Source: Methanosarcinales archaeon (lineage in GTDB: Archaea; Halobacteriota; Syntropharchaeia; Alkanophagales; Methanospirareceae). Taken from it: a stretch of DNA of 48,012 nucleotides. Where the stretch lies: the NCBI GenBank assembly GCA_025464325.1, contig JAODGH010000032.1:1-48012 (forward strand), written 5' to 3'. A program made the position numbers and the translations under genes. Shown in pieces: positions 36,072 through 45,754 of this stretch (within the stretch, counting starts at the first letter, position 1; every line of letters starts with the position of its first letter). The notes below the pieces were generated by a model. The model was not told where the DNA came from and did no database searches. It worked only from the letters and a program-made list of their open reading frames with translations.

Positions 36072-37214
36072 ATGGAATTTGAACTAAGTACGCGGGAACG
36101 TGAAGTACAGAGCTTTGTAGCCGGGTTCGCAGCTACGGAAGTATTGCCACTCGCCGCTGAGATAGACCGTAAAGGCAAATTCCCCGTAGATATCGTCAGG
36201 CTGATGGGTAAGCATAAGCTATTTGGTATCCCTTTCCCACCCGAATACGGCGGATTGGGCGATAATCTGCTCTGCTACGTTCTGATGGTGGAGGAGCTAT
36301 CGAAGGTGAGCGCCAGTATCGGATTCCTTAGCTCCGCTGCACTTATCACTATATTCCCGATTTATTCGGCAGGTACCGAAGAGCAGAAAAGCAAGTACCT
36401 CGGGCCTTTATGCAGCGGTAAGAAGATCGGCGCATTTGCTATCACCGAGCCTGCAGCTGGTTCTGACCCACTGTCTATGACGACAACCGCGAGACGTGAG
36501 GGTGATGAATACGTATTGAACGGTCGAAAAGTGTTTATCACCAATGCCGCCGTTGCTGATATATACGTTGTCTTTGCATACACAGATAGCAGTAAGGGCA
36601 GAAAGGGCGTGAGTGCGTTTATCGTGGAGAAAGGTACAGACGGATTCTCGTTTACCCGGATGCAGGAGATGATAGGCATGCGTGGCTGTGTGGTGGGTGG
36701 GCTGGAATTCCACGATTGCAGGATTCCTGCCACCAATCTACTCGGTGCCGAGGGTGACGGGTTCAGGATCGCAATGGCTACTCTGGATAGAGATAGAATA
36801 GCGATGGGCGCTGTGGGGGTAGGTATTGCTCGTGCGTGCCTTGAGCTCTCTGTCCAATATGCCAGGGAACGCAAGCAGTTTGGTCAGCCGATATCAAATT
36901 TCCAGGCTGTTCAGTTTATGCTGGCGGATATGGCGGTACAGACCGAAGCGGCGAGATTGCTGACATATAAAGCTGCTTATCATGCGGATAGGGGCGATCG
37001 AATTACGATGAAAGCGGCATCAATGGCTAAGCTCTATGCTTCTGAGGTCGCATTCCACGTGGCTACTGATGCGGTGCAGATACACGGTGGTCTGGGCTGT
37101 ACACGGGGCAGTCCGGTAGAACGCTTTTTCCGGGATGCTAAAGTACTGAGTATCGCGGTTGGTACCTCAGAGATACAAAGACTGGTGATAGCGCGTGAGG
37201 AATTGAGAGGCTAA
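36072..37214 (+). CDS. acyl-CoA dehydrogenase
   Basis: GAFAITEPAAGSDP, FITNAAVADIYVVFA, ERKQFGQPI and the C-terminal QIHGGLGCTRGSPVERFFRDAKVLSIAVGTSEIQ. Confidence 0.9.
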   Translation: MEFELSTREREVQSFVAGFAATEVLPLAAEIDRKGKFPVDIVRLMGKHKLFGIPFPPEYGGLGDNLLCYVLMVEELSKVSASIGFLSSAALITIFPIYSAGTEEQKSKYLGPLCSGKKIGAFAITEPAAGSDPLSMTTTARREGDEYVLNGRKVFITNAAVADIYVVFAYTDSSKGRKGVSAFIVEKGTDGFSFTRMQEMIGMRGCVVGGLEFHDCRIPATNLLGAEGDGFRIAMATLDRDRIAMGAVGVGIARACLELSVQYARERKQFGQPISNFQAVQFMLADMAVQTEAARLLTYKAAYHADRGDRITMKAASMAKLYASEVAFHVATDAVQIHGGLGCTRGSPVERFFRDAKVLSIAVGTSEIQRLVIAREELRG

Positions 37215-37219
37215 AAAAA

Positions 37220-37789
37220 ATGAGCCGAATATCACTGGCTGTACCTGTACGAAGAAGCAACGTATCGGTGGAAATGGCGATTGCAAGCCGCAAATCACGC
37301 AGAGCATTCCGAAAGGAAGCACTCGGAATGACTGATTTAGCGCTGCTCGTATGGGCTGCGCGGAGAGTACCGTCTGCAGGCGCCATCTATCCACTGGAGC
37401 TGTATCTTGTGATCGGTGCCGTTGAAGGTATAAAACCGGGGGTGTACCACGTACTGGATGACAGTTCTATGGAACTGCATAGCGAGGGCGATCTGCGGAC
37501 CGAATTGGCTATTGCGTGTCTGGAACAGATGTTCATCGCTGATGCTGCGTTATCCATTGTTATCACGGCTGAGTACGAACGCACAACACGCAGATACGGC
37601 GAACGGGGTATAAGATACGTGTATATGGAGGCAGGGCATGTATCTCAGAACATATATTTAGAATGTGAGGCTCTGGGTCTTGCTACCGTTGCTATCGGTG
37701 CGTTCCGTGATGCTGAGGTCGCAAATGTGCTGGACCTACCGAAAACGCACAGACCGATATACCTGATGCCCGTTGGTGTCCGGGACTAA
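37220..37789 (+). CDS. SagB-type/nitroreductase-family oxidoreductase
   Basis: SRKSRRAFRKE, VPSAGAIYPLELYLV, RYGERGIRYVYMEAGHVSQNIYLECEALGLATVAIGAF. Confidence 0.8.
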   Translation: MSRISLAVPVRRSNVSVEMAIASRKSRRAFRKEALGMTDLALLVWAARRVPSAGAIYPLELYLVIGAVEGIKPGVYHVLDDSSMELHSEGDLRTELAIACLEQMFIADAALSIVITAEYERTTRRYGERGIRYVYMEAGHVSQNIYLECEALGLATVAIGAFRDAEVANVLDLPKTHRPIYLMPVGVRD

Positions 37790-37790
37790 C

Positions 37791-38456
37791 CTAACCATAT
37801 ATCCCCTTCTCCACTATCTTGCCGCCAGCAAACCGGGTTATGTAATCCAGCGCTATATCCATGCCACGATCGAGCTCGGATTTACTTATTCCGGGAATAC
37901 CGTAAGCGACCAGAAGCAGGTCTTTCGTAGATGCCGTCACCTTCGTCTGCTCTGTATCGCCATGAACATAAACAGAGAGTATCTTCTCGGAGTCGCAAAG
38001 TACTATCTCCTTACCTTTCAGGCTCTTCAACCGGTCTCCTATAAGGCGTACCATCTCGCCGGCATGCGCGAATCGCAACATGAGCGGTGGTACAATTCGC
38101 CGAAGGTCAAAAACGCTGAAAGTAAGCAGTGTCTGCACCGATGCGAGATTGTATGCATCAACGATCGGCGATATTCTTGGCAGTCCTCGACCCGTAAGGA
38201 TCCTGCGCAATAACGCTTCAGATGCTGGACGAACCTTCGTGGGGTCAATGCCCATATGCCAGAAGAAATCCCGCTGGAGCCGCAATGTTCTTATATCTTT
38301 CAATGCTGATGGCTCATACTGTGCCCTCAATGCAGCTTCAACCGCCGATATCTCGGTTTCTATCGACCCCGTCCCGGGACTCACATCCGCTATCTCAGCA
38401 AGCCCTATGTACAGCTCGAATCGGGTTCGTATCGCATCATCTATTACGAGTTGCAT
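37791..38456 (-). CDS. B3/B4 tRNA-binding-domain protein (PheRS beta-subunit-related, stand-alone)
   Basis: LPRISPIVDAYNLASVQTLLTFSVFDL and the overall ~220-aa layout of stand-alone B3_4 proteins. Confidence 0.65.
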   Translation of the reverse strand: MQLVIDDAIRTRFELYIGLAEIADVSPGTGSIETEISAVEAALRAQYEPSALKDIRTLRLQRDFFWHMGIDPTKVRPASEALLRRILTGRGLPRISPIVDAYNLASVQTLLTFSVFDLRRIVPPLMLRFAHAGEMVRLIGDRLKSLKGKEIVLCDSEKILSVYVHGDTEQTKVTASTKDLLLVAYGIPGISKSELDRGMDIALDYITRFAGGKIVEKGIYG

Positions 38457-38465
38457 CTGTGCATA

Positions 38466-38648
38466 CTATGTTATCAATATCGTGTGTTTCAACAGGTCAA
38501 TCTCCTTTATCCTGCCTTTTGCATGCCGTACCTCGCCGAATATACCCGTGAGCTTTATGTCATCACCCGTTATCTCCACCCGTATCACGTCCTCCATCAG
38601 TAGTTCACGTTCACCCGCCCTGTCCATCAATACACGCGATTCACACAT
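38466..38648 (-). CDS. cooT: CooT-family small protein (Ni-binding / predicted RNA-binding fold)
   Basis: 60 aa beginning MCESRVLMD, with ...LTGIFGEV...IKEIDLLKHTILI. The N-terminal Met-Cys and the length are characteristic of CooT. Confidence 0.6.
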   Translation of the reverse strand: MCESRVLMDRAGERELLMEDVIRVEITGDDIKLTGIFGEVRHAKGRIKEIDLLKHTILIT

Positions 38649-38787
38649 GGTCTGTCAATAGTTATGCCCGGCTTTGTAATAAATGAATAGTAATAATAAA
38701 TGGATAGTAATAAACAACCGGTAGCTGAGATGACCGCATGTCTTTTATATTATGCGAGTTTATCATTGTCTCAGGCAGGTGAGTGAA

Positions 38788-39114
38788 ATGGTAAAAACCA
38801 GCATGGGTATAGAAGAGAACATAGCCGGGCTTCTATGTTATGTCCTGGGTTGGATAACGGGTATTGTATTCCTGGTGCTGGAGAAGAATAGCCGATTTGT
38901 TCGATTTCATGCAATGCAGTCACTGATCACGTTTCTATCTCTTACAATAATAAACTGGATAGCTGGCATTATACCGCTGATCGGCAGTCTACTTTCAACT
39001 GCCATCGTGCTGTTATCGCTAATACTCTGGCTGATATTGATGTTCAAGGCATACAGTGGCGAGATGTACAAGTTACCGGTAGTGGGCGATTTAGCAGAGG
39101 GTCTGATAAAATAA
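38788..39114 (+). CDS. DUF4870-family membrane protein
   Basis: EENIAGLLCYVLGWITGIVFLVLEKNSRFVRFHAMQSL motif with 3 TM. The ATG at 38788 follows ggtgagtgaa, although the ORF is open from 38752. Confidence 0.7.
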   Translation: MVKTSMGIEENIAGLLCYVLGWITGIVFLVLEKNSRFVRFHAMQSLITFLSLTIINWIAGIIPLIGSLLSTAIVLLSLILWLILMFKAYSGEMYKLPVVGDLAEGLIK

Positions 39115-39136
39115 TATTAACGGGTGAAGCCAAAAG

Positions 39137-39838
39137 ATGATCAGGAGCGAAAAAATGAGTTGGAGTATAGTATGGCTGGTATGGCTGACCGTGCTGGGAC
39201 TGCTTTTTATCGGTGTTATCGGTGTTATCGGTGTTATTACAGCCGCGCCGCAGGTAGTGGATTATACTGATCTGATCAAGAAGTTACCGCAGCCACCGAA
39301 CGGATGGACCGCGAATGAACCGGAGGGGCTGAATTCTAAAACACCTGCCGGTGCCTTCAGCTTTGCGAGCAGGGAGTATACACAGTCAGGTACAGATAGA
39401 ATTGTGGATGTTACAATATTCGGTGGCGGCGATCTAATGCCGTTCTGGCAGGAATGGCAGGGCTTATATGCCTATGAATCTACGGATGGTTATGCGAAAC
39501 GGGTAACGGTTAATGATTTCCCCGCCTGGGAAGTGTACAGCAACGATACAGGCGAGTACATGCTATACATCGGTATAAACAGGAAAATAGGTGTGGTGGT
39601 GACAACCGATCAGGATAAGGATACACTGTATTTATTCGCAAACTCGATAGACTACAGCGGACTTGCCGCATTGTGCGGGGCGATAAATCCAACACCGCTC
39701 GTAACACCGGGTGAAGCGCCGCCGACAGCCACGAGCACACCAGCATCGGGGTCTGGAGATACCGGTAAGACGCCAGGGTTTGGATGGGTACATGCAATCG
39801 CAGGTGCTATTGCTGCATTATACATTTTGAGAAGGTAG
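39137..39838 (+). CDS. secreted/surface hypothetical protein with PGF-CTERM archaeosortase sorting signal
   Basis: An N-terminal signal anchor and a Thr/Pro/Ser-rich linker (PPTATSTPASGSGDTGKT), then PGFGWVHAIAGAIAALYILRR at the extreme C-terminus. Confidence 0.7.
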   Translation: MIRSEKMSWSIVWLVWLTVLGLLFIGVIGVIGVITAAPQVVDYTDLIKKLPQPPNGWTANEPEGLNSKTPAGAFSFASREYTQSGTDRIVDVTIFGGGDLMPFWQEWQGLYAYESTDGYAKRVTVNDFPAWEVYSNDTGEYMLYIGINRKIGVVVTTDQDKDTLYLFANSIDYSGLAALCGAINPTPLVTPGEAPPTATSTPASGSGDTGKTPGFGWVHAIAGAIAALYILRR

Positions 39839-39944
39839 GGTACCTTCCTGAAAAGGAAACGTCCCGCGGCACAGACACCTGCGATGCTTCTTTCATGTTG
39901 TGCATGATCAAAGCTACCGTTGTAGCTGAATTATTACACTATCT

Positions 39945-39972
39945 TTATTTATACAAGATTATTTATACAAGA
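39945..39972 (+). promoter_or_regulatory. tandemly duplicated TATA-containing 14-mer (ttatttatacaaga x2) upstream of rps14
   Basis: Two perfect adjacent copies. The proximal tttataca ends 26 nt upstream of the rps14 ATG at 39995. Confidence 0.4.
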
Positions 39973-39994
39973 GAATATAATTAGATGATGAGAT

Positions 39995-40150
39995 ATGGAG
40001 CGGAATAAGGATAAGAGGTTCGGAAGAGGTGCAAACGCATGCAGGCGATGTGGTAGACAGCGGGGGCTGGTTCGCAGATACGGGATATATCTCTGTCGGC
40101 AGTGCTTCCGGGAGATAGCAAGGGATATAGGTTTTAAGAAATATAATTAG
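39995..40150 (+). CDS. rps14: 30S ribosomal protein uS14 (zinc-binding type)
   Basis: Not in the ORF track (51 aa). My translation is [51 protein letters not shown], with the CxxC...CxxC zinc motif. It lies directly upstream of rps8. Confidence 0.9.
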   Translation: MERNKDKRFGRGANACRRCGRQRGLVRRYGIYLCRQCFREIARDIGFKKYN

Positions 40151-40160
40151 GTGGTATAAG

Positions 40161-40553
40161 ATGACACTGAATGATCCGCTTGCAGATGCACTTTCGCATA
40201 TAAAGAATACAGAACGTGTGGGTAAGCTGGAATGTATTATAAAACCGGCTTCTAAACTGATCGGTAATGTACTCAGCGTGATGAAAGAAGGTGGCTACAT
40301 AGATGAGTTCGAGTACATAGACGATGGCAGAGGTGGCATATTCAAAGTGAAGCTCAGAGGCAAGATAAATGATTGTAATGCGATCAAACCCCGTTTCTTC
40401 GTTCGTGTGAAGGAGTACGAGAAATGGGAGAAGCGGTTCTTACCTGCGCGTGATTTTGGTATGCTCATAGTTACAACTTCAAAGGGCGTGATGTCGCATC
40501 ATGATGCGATAGAAGCGGGCATAGGTGGGCAGTTGCTCGCGTTCGTTTATTAA
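40161..40553 (+). CDS. rps8: 30S ribosomal protein uS8
   Basis: [35 protein letters not shown] and [22 protein letters not shown]. Confidence 0.95.
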   Translation: MTLNDPLADALSHIKNTERVGKLECIIKPASKLIGNVLSVMKEGGYIDEFEYIDDGRGGIFKVKLRGKINDCNAIKPRFFVRVKEYEKWEKRFLPARDFGMLIVTTSKGVMSHHDAIEAGIGGQLLAFVY

Positions 40554-40567
40554 ATTGGATTAAATGG

Positions 40568-40999
40568 ATGGTGTATCCGAATAGGTCTAAGATAAGATAC
40601 ATCGAGCATCCTTCTGATGTTGGATTTGAGGTTCAGGGAGCGACGCTGGCGGAGCTATTTGCCAATGCTGCGATTGCATATTACAGTTTTATAACCGATG
40701 TAGAGGCGATAGATGAAACCGAGGAGCGCACCATAGAGCTAAAAGCGGAGGATCTGCATAGCTTGATGTTCGATTGGATAGATGAACTGATCTTTTTATT
40801 TGAATCGGAATCGTTGGTCTTCAAGAAGTTTGATCTGGAGGTGGATGAAACCCGTTATACTTTGAGTGGTATTTGCCGCGGTGGAAAGTTCGATCCCGGC
40901 AGGCACGAAGCGGGTATAATAATCAAAGCGGTTACATATAACATGATGGAGATAAAGAAGAACGAGGTCTGGCACGCGCGTGTTGTTCTTGATGTATGA
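40568..40999 (+). CDS. archease
   Basis: YIEHPSDVGFEVQGATLAELFANAA, IKAVTYNMMEI and the ending RVVLDV are archease signatures. Confidence 0.85.
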   Translation: MVYPNRSKIRYIEHPSDVGFEVQGATLAELFANAAIAYYSFITDVEAIDETEERTIELKAEDLHSLMFDWIDELIFLFESESLVFKKFDLEVDETRYTLSGICRGGKFDPGRHEAGIIIKAVTYNMMEIKKNEVWHARVVLDV

Positions 41000-41009
41000 T
41001 GATGGATAG

Positions 41010-41780
41010 ATGATCAATGCGAATATAAGGTTAATAGAGGGTATTCCTGCGTTATATCTGCGATCGGAAGCTGCTTTATGCATTGCAGACCTGCATCTCG
41101 GCTATGAGGAGGCATTGATGGAGAGCAGTGGGATATCACTGCCATCCGGGCAACTGAAGGATGTGGAGAATAAACTGGCGACGGCGATTTCGAAATGTGG
41201 ATGTGTGCGCAGGTTGATAATAAACGGCGACTTGAAGCACGTATTTGCGCAATCCAGCCGGCAGGAATGGAATGAAGTGCCACTGTTCATCGAGTTCGCG
41301 CTCGGTTACGTGGAGGAGATAATACTGGTGCGGGGTAACCATGACACCTTTCTTGGGCCTCTGAAACGTTTTGGTAGCGCTATAGAGATCGTGAATGCAC
41401 TATCATGCGGCGATACACTGTTTCTACACGGGCATAACCGCGATTTTGAGCAGATACTGAGTGAAAGTAGCGAAGAGGTGGTAGTAATCGCGCACGAGCA
41501 CCCTATCATCGTACTGGGTGACCGGGTAGGTGCACGTGTAAGGTTGCCATGCTTTCTTACTGGCGATTTGGGCGTAACGAGAAAACTGATAGTTATGCCC
41601 GCGTTCTCACCACTGGCGGGAGGTACGCCGGTGAACCTTGCGTCACGTGAAGAGCTCTTATCTCCGATACTGAGAAGCACGGGTATAGATTATATGGAGG
41701 TGTACGCGGTGGACGAAGCAGTAGGAATACTGAACTTTCCTGAGCTGAGGAGATGGAGAGATATATCGCTATCTCTGTAA
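41010..41780 (+). CDS. metallophosphoesterase (MJ0037/TIGR00024-like)
   Basis: ALCIADLHLGYE, INGDLKH, VRGNHD, LHGH and AHEHP metal-ligand motifs. Confidence 0.75.
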   Translation: MINANIRLIEGIPALYLRSEAALCIADLHLGYEEALMESSGISLPSGQLKDVENKLATAISKCGCVRRLIINGDLKHVFAQSSRQEWNEVPLFIEFALGYVEEIILVRGNHDTFLGPLKRFGSAIEIVNALSCGDTLFLHGHNRDFEQILSESSEEVVVIAHEHPIIVLGDRVGARVRLPCFLTGDLGVTRKLIVMPAFSPLAGGTPVNLASREELLSPILRSTGIDYMEVYAVDEAVGILNFPELRRWRDISLSL

Positions 41781-41827
41781 AGGCAAATGCATGAACAACT
41801 CACCGGTAAATAACCTCCTCACTTTTT

Positions 41828-42484
41828 TTATTCCAGTTTCCTCTTCTCGCCCGTTATCATGTATATGATACGGGATGCTATATTGCACGCGTGGTCGCCA
41901 ATTCGTTCTAAATGCAGTGCTACGAAGAGCAGATGCCCCGCATTTGCTATGCAGCGTGGTCGCTCTATCGTTATCGTTATCAATTCCCGCCTGACCTGAT
42001 CAAATAGCGCATCTATCATGTCATCACGAGCAGAGAAATCCTCAAGTATCTTTATATCCCCGGTGGCGAACGCTTTGAGACAATCAGCGATCATACCCTG
42101 TGAAATCTCCGACATCCTCGGTATATCAATCAGCGGCTTCACATGCGGTTCATCTCCCATTCTGAGCACAATCTCGGCAATATCGCCCGCCAGGTCGCTT
42201 ATACGATCGAAATCAGTGATTATCTTCATGCATGTACCTATGGTACGTAAATCCGAAGCCATTGGCTGCTGTAACGCGAGCAGTCTCATACATCTGTTCT
42301 CTATATCAAATTCCAGTTCGTCTATTATTGCGTTCCCTTTCAGTATCTTCGACGCCAGTTCAGCATCGCGGTTAGCAAGGGCAGTGATGGCATTCTTCGC
42401 TGACTCCTTCGCCAGCTCGCCCATCTTCAGCACTTCTCCTTTGAGTCCCTCCAACTCCTCTATGTATTCTTTTCGCAGTGTCAT
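41828..42484 (-). CDS. phoU: phosphate-uptake regulator PhoU
   Basis: Two PhoU repeats (DxxIDxLExDIE..., ERIGDHACNIA). It overlaps the pstB stop by 1 nt. Confidence 0.9.
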   Translation of the reverse strand: MTLRKEYIEELEGLKGEVLKMGELAKESAKNAITALANRDAELASKILKGNAIIDELEFDIENRCMRLLALQQPMASDLRTIGTCMKIITDFDRISDLAGDIAEIVLRMGDEPHVKPLIDIPRMSEISQGMIADCLKAFATGDIKILEDFSARDDMIDALFDQVRRELITITIERPRCIANAGHLLFVALHLERIGDHACNIASRIIYMITGEKRKLE

Positions 42485-43233
42485 TACCCGAACCTACCCG
42501 TAATATAATCCTCAGTCCTTTTATCTTTCGGTCGTTCAAATATTCGTGTGGTCTCATCGAATTCTATCAGCTCACCCATCAGGAAGAACGCAGTGTAATC
42601 CGATACACGAGCCGCTTGCTGCATGTTATGAGTTACTATCACAATAGTATAATCCTTCTTCAATTCCCGTAGCAACGCTTCTATCCTCGCCGTTGATATC
42701 GGATCCAGCGCCGAACATGGCTCATCAAACAGTATTATCTCAGGATTCACCGCCAACGCCCGTGCTATACACAGCCGCTGCTGCTGACCACCGGATAACA
42801 TCAATGCACTGCTGTCCAGCCGGTCATGCACCTCCTCCCACAGCGCCGCCTTCCTCAGGCTCTCTTCCACTATCCTCTTCAGTTTATTGTTCCGTATGCC
42901 ATGTATCCTCGGTCCATACGCCACATTGTCAAATATACTCATAGGAAACGGATTTGGCTGCTGGAACACCATGCCCACACGCCGTCTCAACATATTCACA
43001 TCCGTGTTTCCGTTGTATATGTTTTCCCCGTCTATTAAAACTTTACCGTCCGTCCTCGCACCGTTCAACTCGTTCATTCTGTTAAGAGCCCTGAGGAACG
43101 TCGTCTTACCACAGCCCGAAGGTCCTATCACCGCCGTTATTTTATTCGCTTCTATCTCTATATTCACCCTTTTTATCGCAGGCACATCGCCATACAGCAC
43201 ACTCAAATCTTCCGTCTCTATCAATCCCATCAC
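42484..43233 (-). CDS. pstB: phosphate ABC transporter ATP-binding protein
   Basis: Walker [10 protein letters not shown], the PstB-typical [19 protein letters not shown], the signature LSGGQQQRL and Walker B ILFDEP. Confidence 0.95.
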   Translation of the reverse strand: MMGLIETEDLSVLYGDVPAIKRVNIEIEANKITAVIGPSGCGKTTFLRALNRMNELNGARTDGKVLIDGENIYNGNTDVNMLRRRVGMVFQQPNPFPMSIFDNVAYGPRIHGIRNNKLKRIVEESLRKAALWEEVHDRLDSSALMLSGGQQQRLCIARALAVNPEIILFDEPCSALDPISTARIEALLRELKKDYTIVIVTHNMQQAARVSDYTAFFLMGELIEFDETTRIFERPKDKRTEDYITGRFG

Positions 43234-44078
43234 TACTCACCCCTTAGCCGTTTAATATAGCGGTTACGCAGTAGAAGCGCGAATATGCTTATACACAGAA
43301 AAATACCTATCAGGACGAGAGAAGCACCAAATGCGTATGCCTCTCCTATCTCGCGGGAGGCAGGTATGACCGTAAGCACGAGATATATATAAACGGGCAA
43401 CGAACCCACATCGTCAAATAGTGAATGGGGAAGGAACGTTGCGAGCCCTCCTGTGGTGAGCAGAACAATTGCAGCTTCTCCTATTGCTTTACCCGCACCA
43501 AGCAATATGCCGGTTATCATACCCGGGTACGCGCTCTTCAGTACCACAAGGCGTATTGTCTGCCACTTAGACGCGCCGAGAGCAAGTGAAGCCGCCCGGT
43601 ATGTTGAGGGTACGGACTTTATCGCCTCCTCCGATGCCCGGACTGTCCATGGCAGGATCATTATACCCAGAGATAGCCCACCTGAGAGCACGGAGGGACC
43701 AAAACCCAGATAATAAACGAAGAAAGTCAGACCAAATAAGCCTATAACGACCGAAGGTATCCCTGCCAGGCATTCCACAAATAGCCGTGTACACATCGTT
43801 ACTATATTCCGGGGTGCATATTCCGCGAGATAGATACCAGAAGCAACACCGAGAGGTACGGCAAACAGCAGGGATACCGCAAGCAGGTATAACGAACCTA
43901 CGATCTGGGGGAATATGCCCCCTTCTTCAAAGTTTATATAGTCGGGTGATCGGAACAGGAACCCGGGACTTACCACCCGTGCTCCTGCCATCAATATGTA
44001 AAAAACAACACCGAGGAGTACCACCACCGAAATTAGCGATATCGCGCATAGGATTGCTTTTATCACACCCGTCTTCAT
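43233..44078 (-). CDS. pstA: phosphate ABC transporter permease PstA
   Basis: EAA-loop region [26 protein letters not shown]. 6 TM. Confidence 0.9.
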   Translation of the reverse strand: MKTGVIKAILCAISLISVVVLLGVVFYILMAGARVVSPGFLFRSPDYINFEEGGIFPQIVGSLYLLAVSLLFAVPLGVASGIYLAEYAPRNIVTMCTRLFVECLAGIPSVVIGLFGLTFFVYYLGFGPSVLSGGLSLGIMILPWTVRASEEAIKSVPSTYRAASLALGASKWQTIRLVVLKSAYPGMITGILLGAGKAIGEAAIVLLTTGGLATFLPHSLFDDVGSLPVYIYLVLTVIPASREIGEAYAFGASLVLIGIFLCISIFALLLRNRYIKRLRGE

Positions 44079-44081
44079 TAT

Positions 44082-45029
44082 CTAACCCCTCACCGCCCCT
44101 TTTATTACCGTGGTGGTGCGTTCCCTCAGCACCGCCGTTGTTGCTATATTCAGTACCGCTACTATTACAAACAGAACAACGCCGATAGCGAACAGCGCAT
44201 GCTGATGCATGGATCCCCATACCATGTACGAATATTCAAGAACAATTGTGGAGGTCAGCACACGGACGGGCTCCAATACCGAATGCGGAATCCATGGTAT
44301 GTGTGGATTGCCAATGACCATCAATACAGCCATGGTCTCTCCAATCGCATTGCCCATTCCGAGAATCAGGGACGCCAGTATGCCCGAACGTGCATTTGGT
44401 AATATCAATAGCCGGATAGTGACCAGATCAGTAGCACCGAGCGCAAGAGAAGCCTCCCGGTAGGCAGTCGGCACACCCCTGATTGCATCTTCTGATATGC
44501 TTATCACATGTGGCAGCGTCATTATCGATAGTATAAGCCAGCCCGCGAGGATACTCTCTCCACATCCACCAAAATGGTCACGTATAAACGGTACAAACAC
44601 CATCAGTCCGAAAAAGCCGAGTATCACTGATGGTATTCCCACCAGCAGGTCCACACACGGTTTTATTACGTTACGGAGCCACGGAGGTGCAAATTCAGCC
44701 AGATATACCGCGGTTGGGATGCCCACCGCTGCTGCGATTGCCAGTGCACCTAACCCGACCACGAAAGTGCTTATGATTGTTGGCAGTATACCAAACTGGT
44801 TATGCCCCGGCGACCATCTCATACCGAGCAGGAATACCCTGCCAAGTGCCAGTGCCGGTAAGCTCTCCTTCACGAGGAACGCGACAATAAAAAATACAAT
44901 AAGGATGGATGAGATCCCGGAGACGAATAGTGCCTTCTCGATCAGCAGTTCCTTTGTGCTACCGCGTGCTATACGCGTTTTAAAGCTACGGAACCGCGTT
45001 GTCGCTGATTGTTGCTGCTGCTTCTTCAT
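44082..45029 (-). CDS. pstC: phosphate ABC transporter permease PstC
   Basis: EDAIRGVPTAYREASLALGATDLVTI EAA loop. 6 TM. Confidence 0.9.
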   Translation of the reverse strand: MKKQQQQSATTRFRSFKTRIARGSTKELLIEKALFVSGISSILIVFFIVAFLVKESLPALALGRVFLLGMRWSPGHNQFGILPTIISTFVVGLGALAIAAAVGIPTAVYLAEFAPPWLRNVIKPCVDLLVGIPSVILGFFGLMVFVPFIRDHFGGCGESILAGWLILSIMTLPHVISISEDAIRGVPTAYREASLALGATDLVTIRLLILPNARSGILASLILGMGNAIGETMAVLMVIGNPHIPWIPHSVLEPVRVLTSTIVLEYSYMVWGSMHQHALFAIGVVLFVIVAVLNIATTAVLRERTTTVIKGAVRG

Positions 45030-45754
45030 ATTTCTGGTTGATTCAGTACCAGTTCCTGTCCCCCCTCTGAATAGATGCGATATATTTGTATGCCCGTATC
45101 CCCTTCATTCAGTTCTATCAGATTGAACGAGGGAGGGATACCCCATTTCACCCTGTTGCTGCACGCAGTACCGGCATTCACTATCAACATCCCGTTCAGG
45201 TTCCAGACCCATGGCACGTGCTTGTGTCCGCAGAGCGCGATATTTACACCACTTTTGAGTAATAAATCGAGTACATCTCCGGCATCCACCAGTATATTCC
45301 GCTCTCTACCGGTATTTGGTACTGGAATGAGGTGGTGATGCAGTGCGAAGATCTTGACCGACGCGTTACCGAAGCTCTTCATTATCCATTCGTATTTGTC
45401 CCTGCCCACGTGTCCTTCGTCAACATCTGGCTGTGATGAATCCACACCCACTATAGTCACGCCTCTGTATCGCTTCACCGCCATTCTTGTGCCGAAGACG
45501 TCTTCAAAGCAGAGATAGCCCACGTTTCTCGCATCGTGGTTGCCGGGTACAATTACCTTCACTTCACACTCTATACGGTCGATATAGCGTTTTGCCTGCT
45601 CGAATTCGGGCGAATAGCCACCGTCGGTAATATCACCGGTCAATACCATTATCTCCGGCTCCAGCTCATTTATCTTCGCTATCACCTTCTCAGCCAGCTC
45701 CGGTAAGAAATGCGATTCCGCTACATGGATGTCCGAGAGATGCACTATCCTCAT
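45026..45754 (-). CDS. calcineurin-like metallophosphoesterase (CpdA/GpdQ-type phosphodiesterase-like) embedded in the pst operon
   Basis: VHLSDIHV, LTGDITDGG, VPGNHD, ALHHH and CGHKHV. The ATG at 45754 overlaps the pstS stop as ATGA, and the 3' end overlaps the pstC start by 4 nt. The ORF track extends the ORF to 45772. Confidence 0.8.
   Translation of the reverse strand: MRIVHLSDIHVAESHFLPELAEKVIAKINELEPEIMVLTGDITDGGYSPEFEQAKRYIDRIECEVKVIVPGNHDARNVGYLCFEDVFGTRMAVKRYRGVTIVGVDSSQPDVDEGHVGRDKYEWIMKSFGNASVKIFALHHHLIPVPNTGRERNILVDAGDVLDLLLKSGVNIALCGHKHVPWVWNLNGMLIVNAGTACSNRVKWGIPPSFNLIELNEGDTGIQIYRIYSEGGQELVLNQPEI

Noticed and set aside
38677-38715. An AT-rich imperfect direct repeat (taataaatgRatag...) between cooT and the DUF4870 gene.
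   Set aside because: It is low-complexity AT-rich promoter-region sequence, the copies are imperfect, and there is nothing to distinguish it from chance in such composition.
39211-39237. A 9-bp tandem repeat (cggtgttat x3) encoding GVIGVIGVI.
   Set aside because: It lies inside the signal-anchor helix of the PGF-CTERM protein. It is a small in-frame microsatellite that may vary in copy number but has no evident separate function.
41823-41829. A T7 tract downstream of the metallophosphoesterase gene, considered as a terminator.
   Set aside because: It overlaps the stop codon of the convergent phoU. It may work as an archaeal oligo-T terminator, but a single short T-run is too weak to call as a feature.
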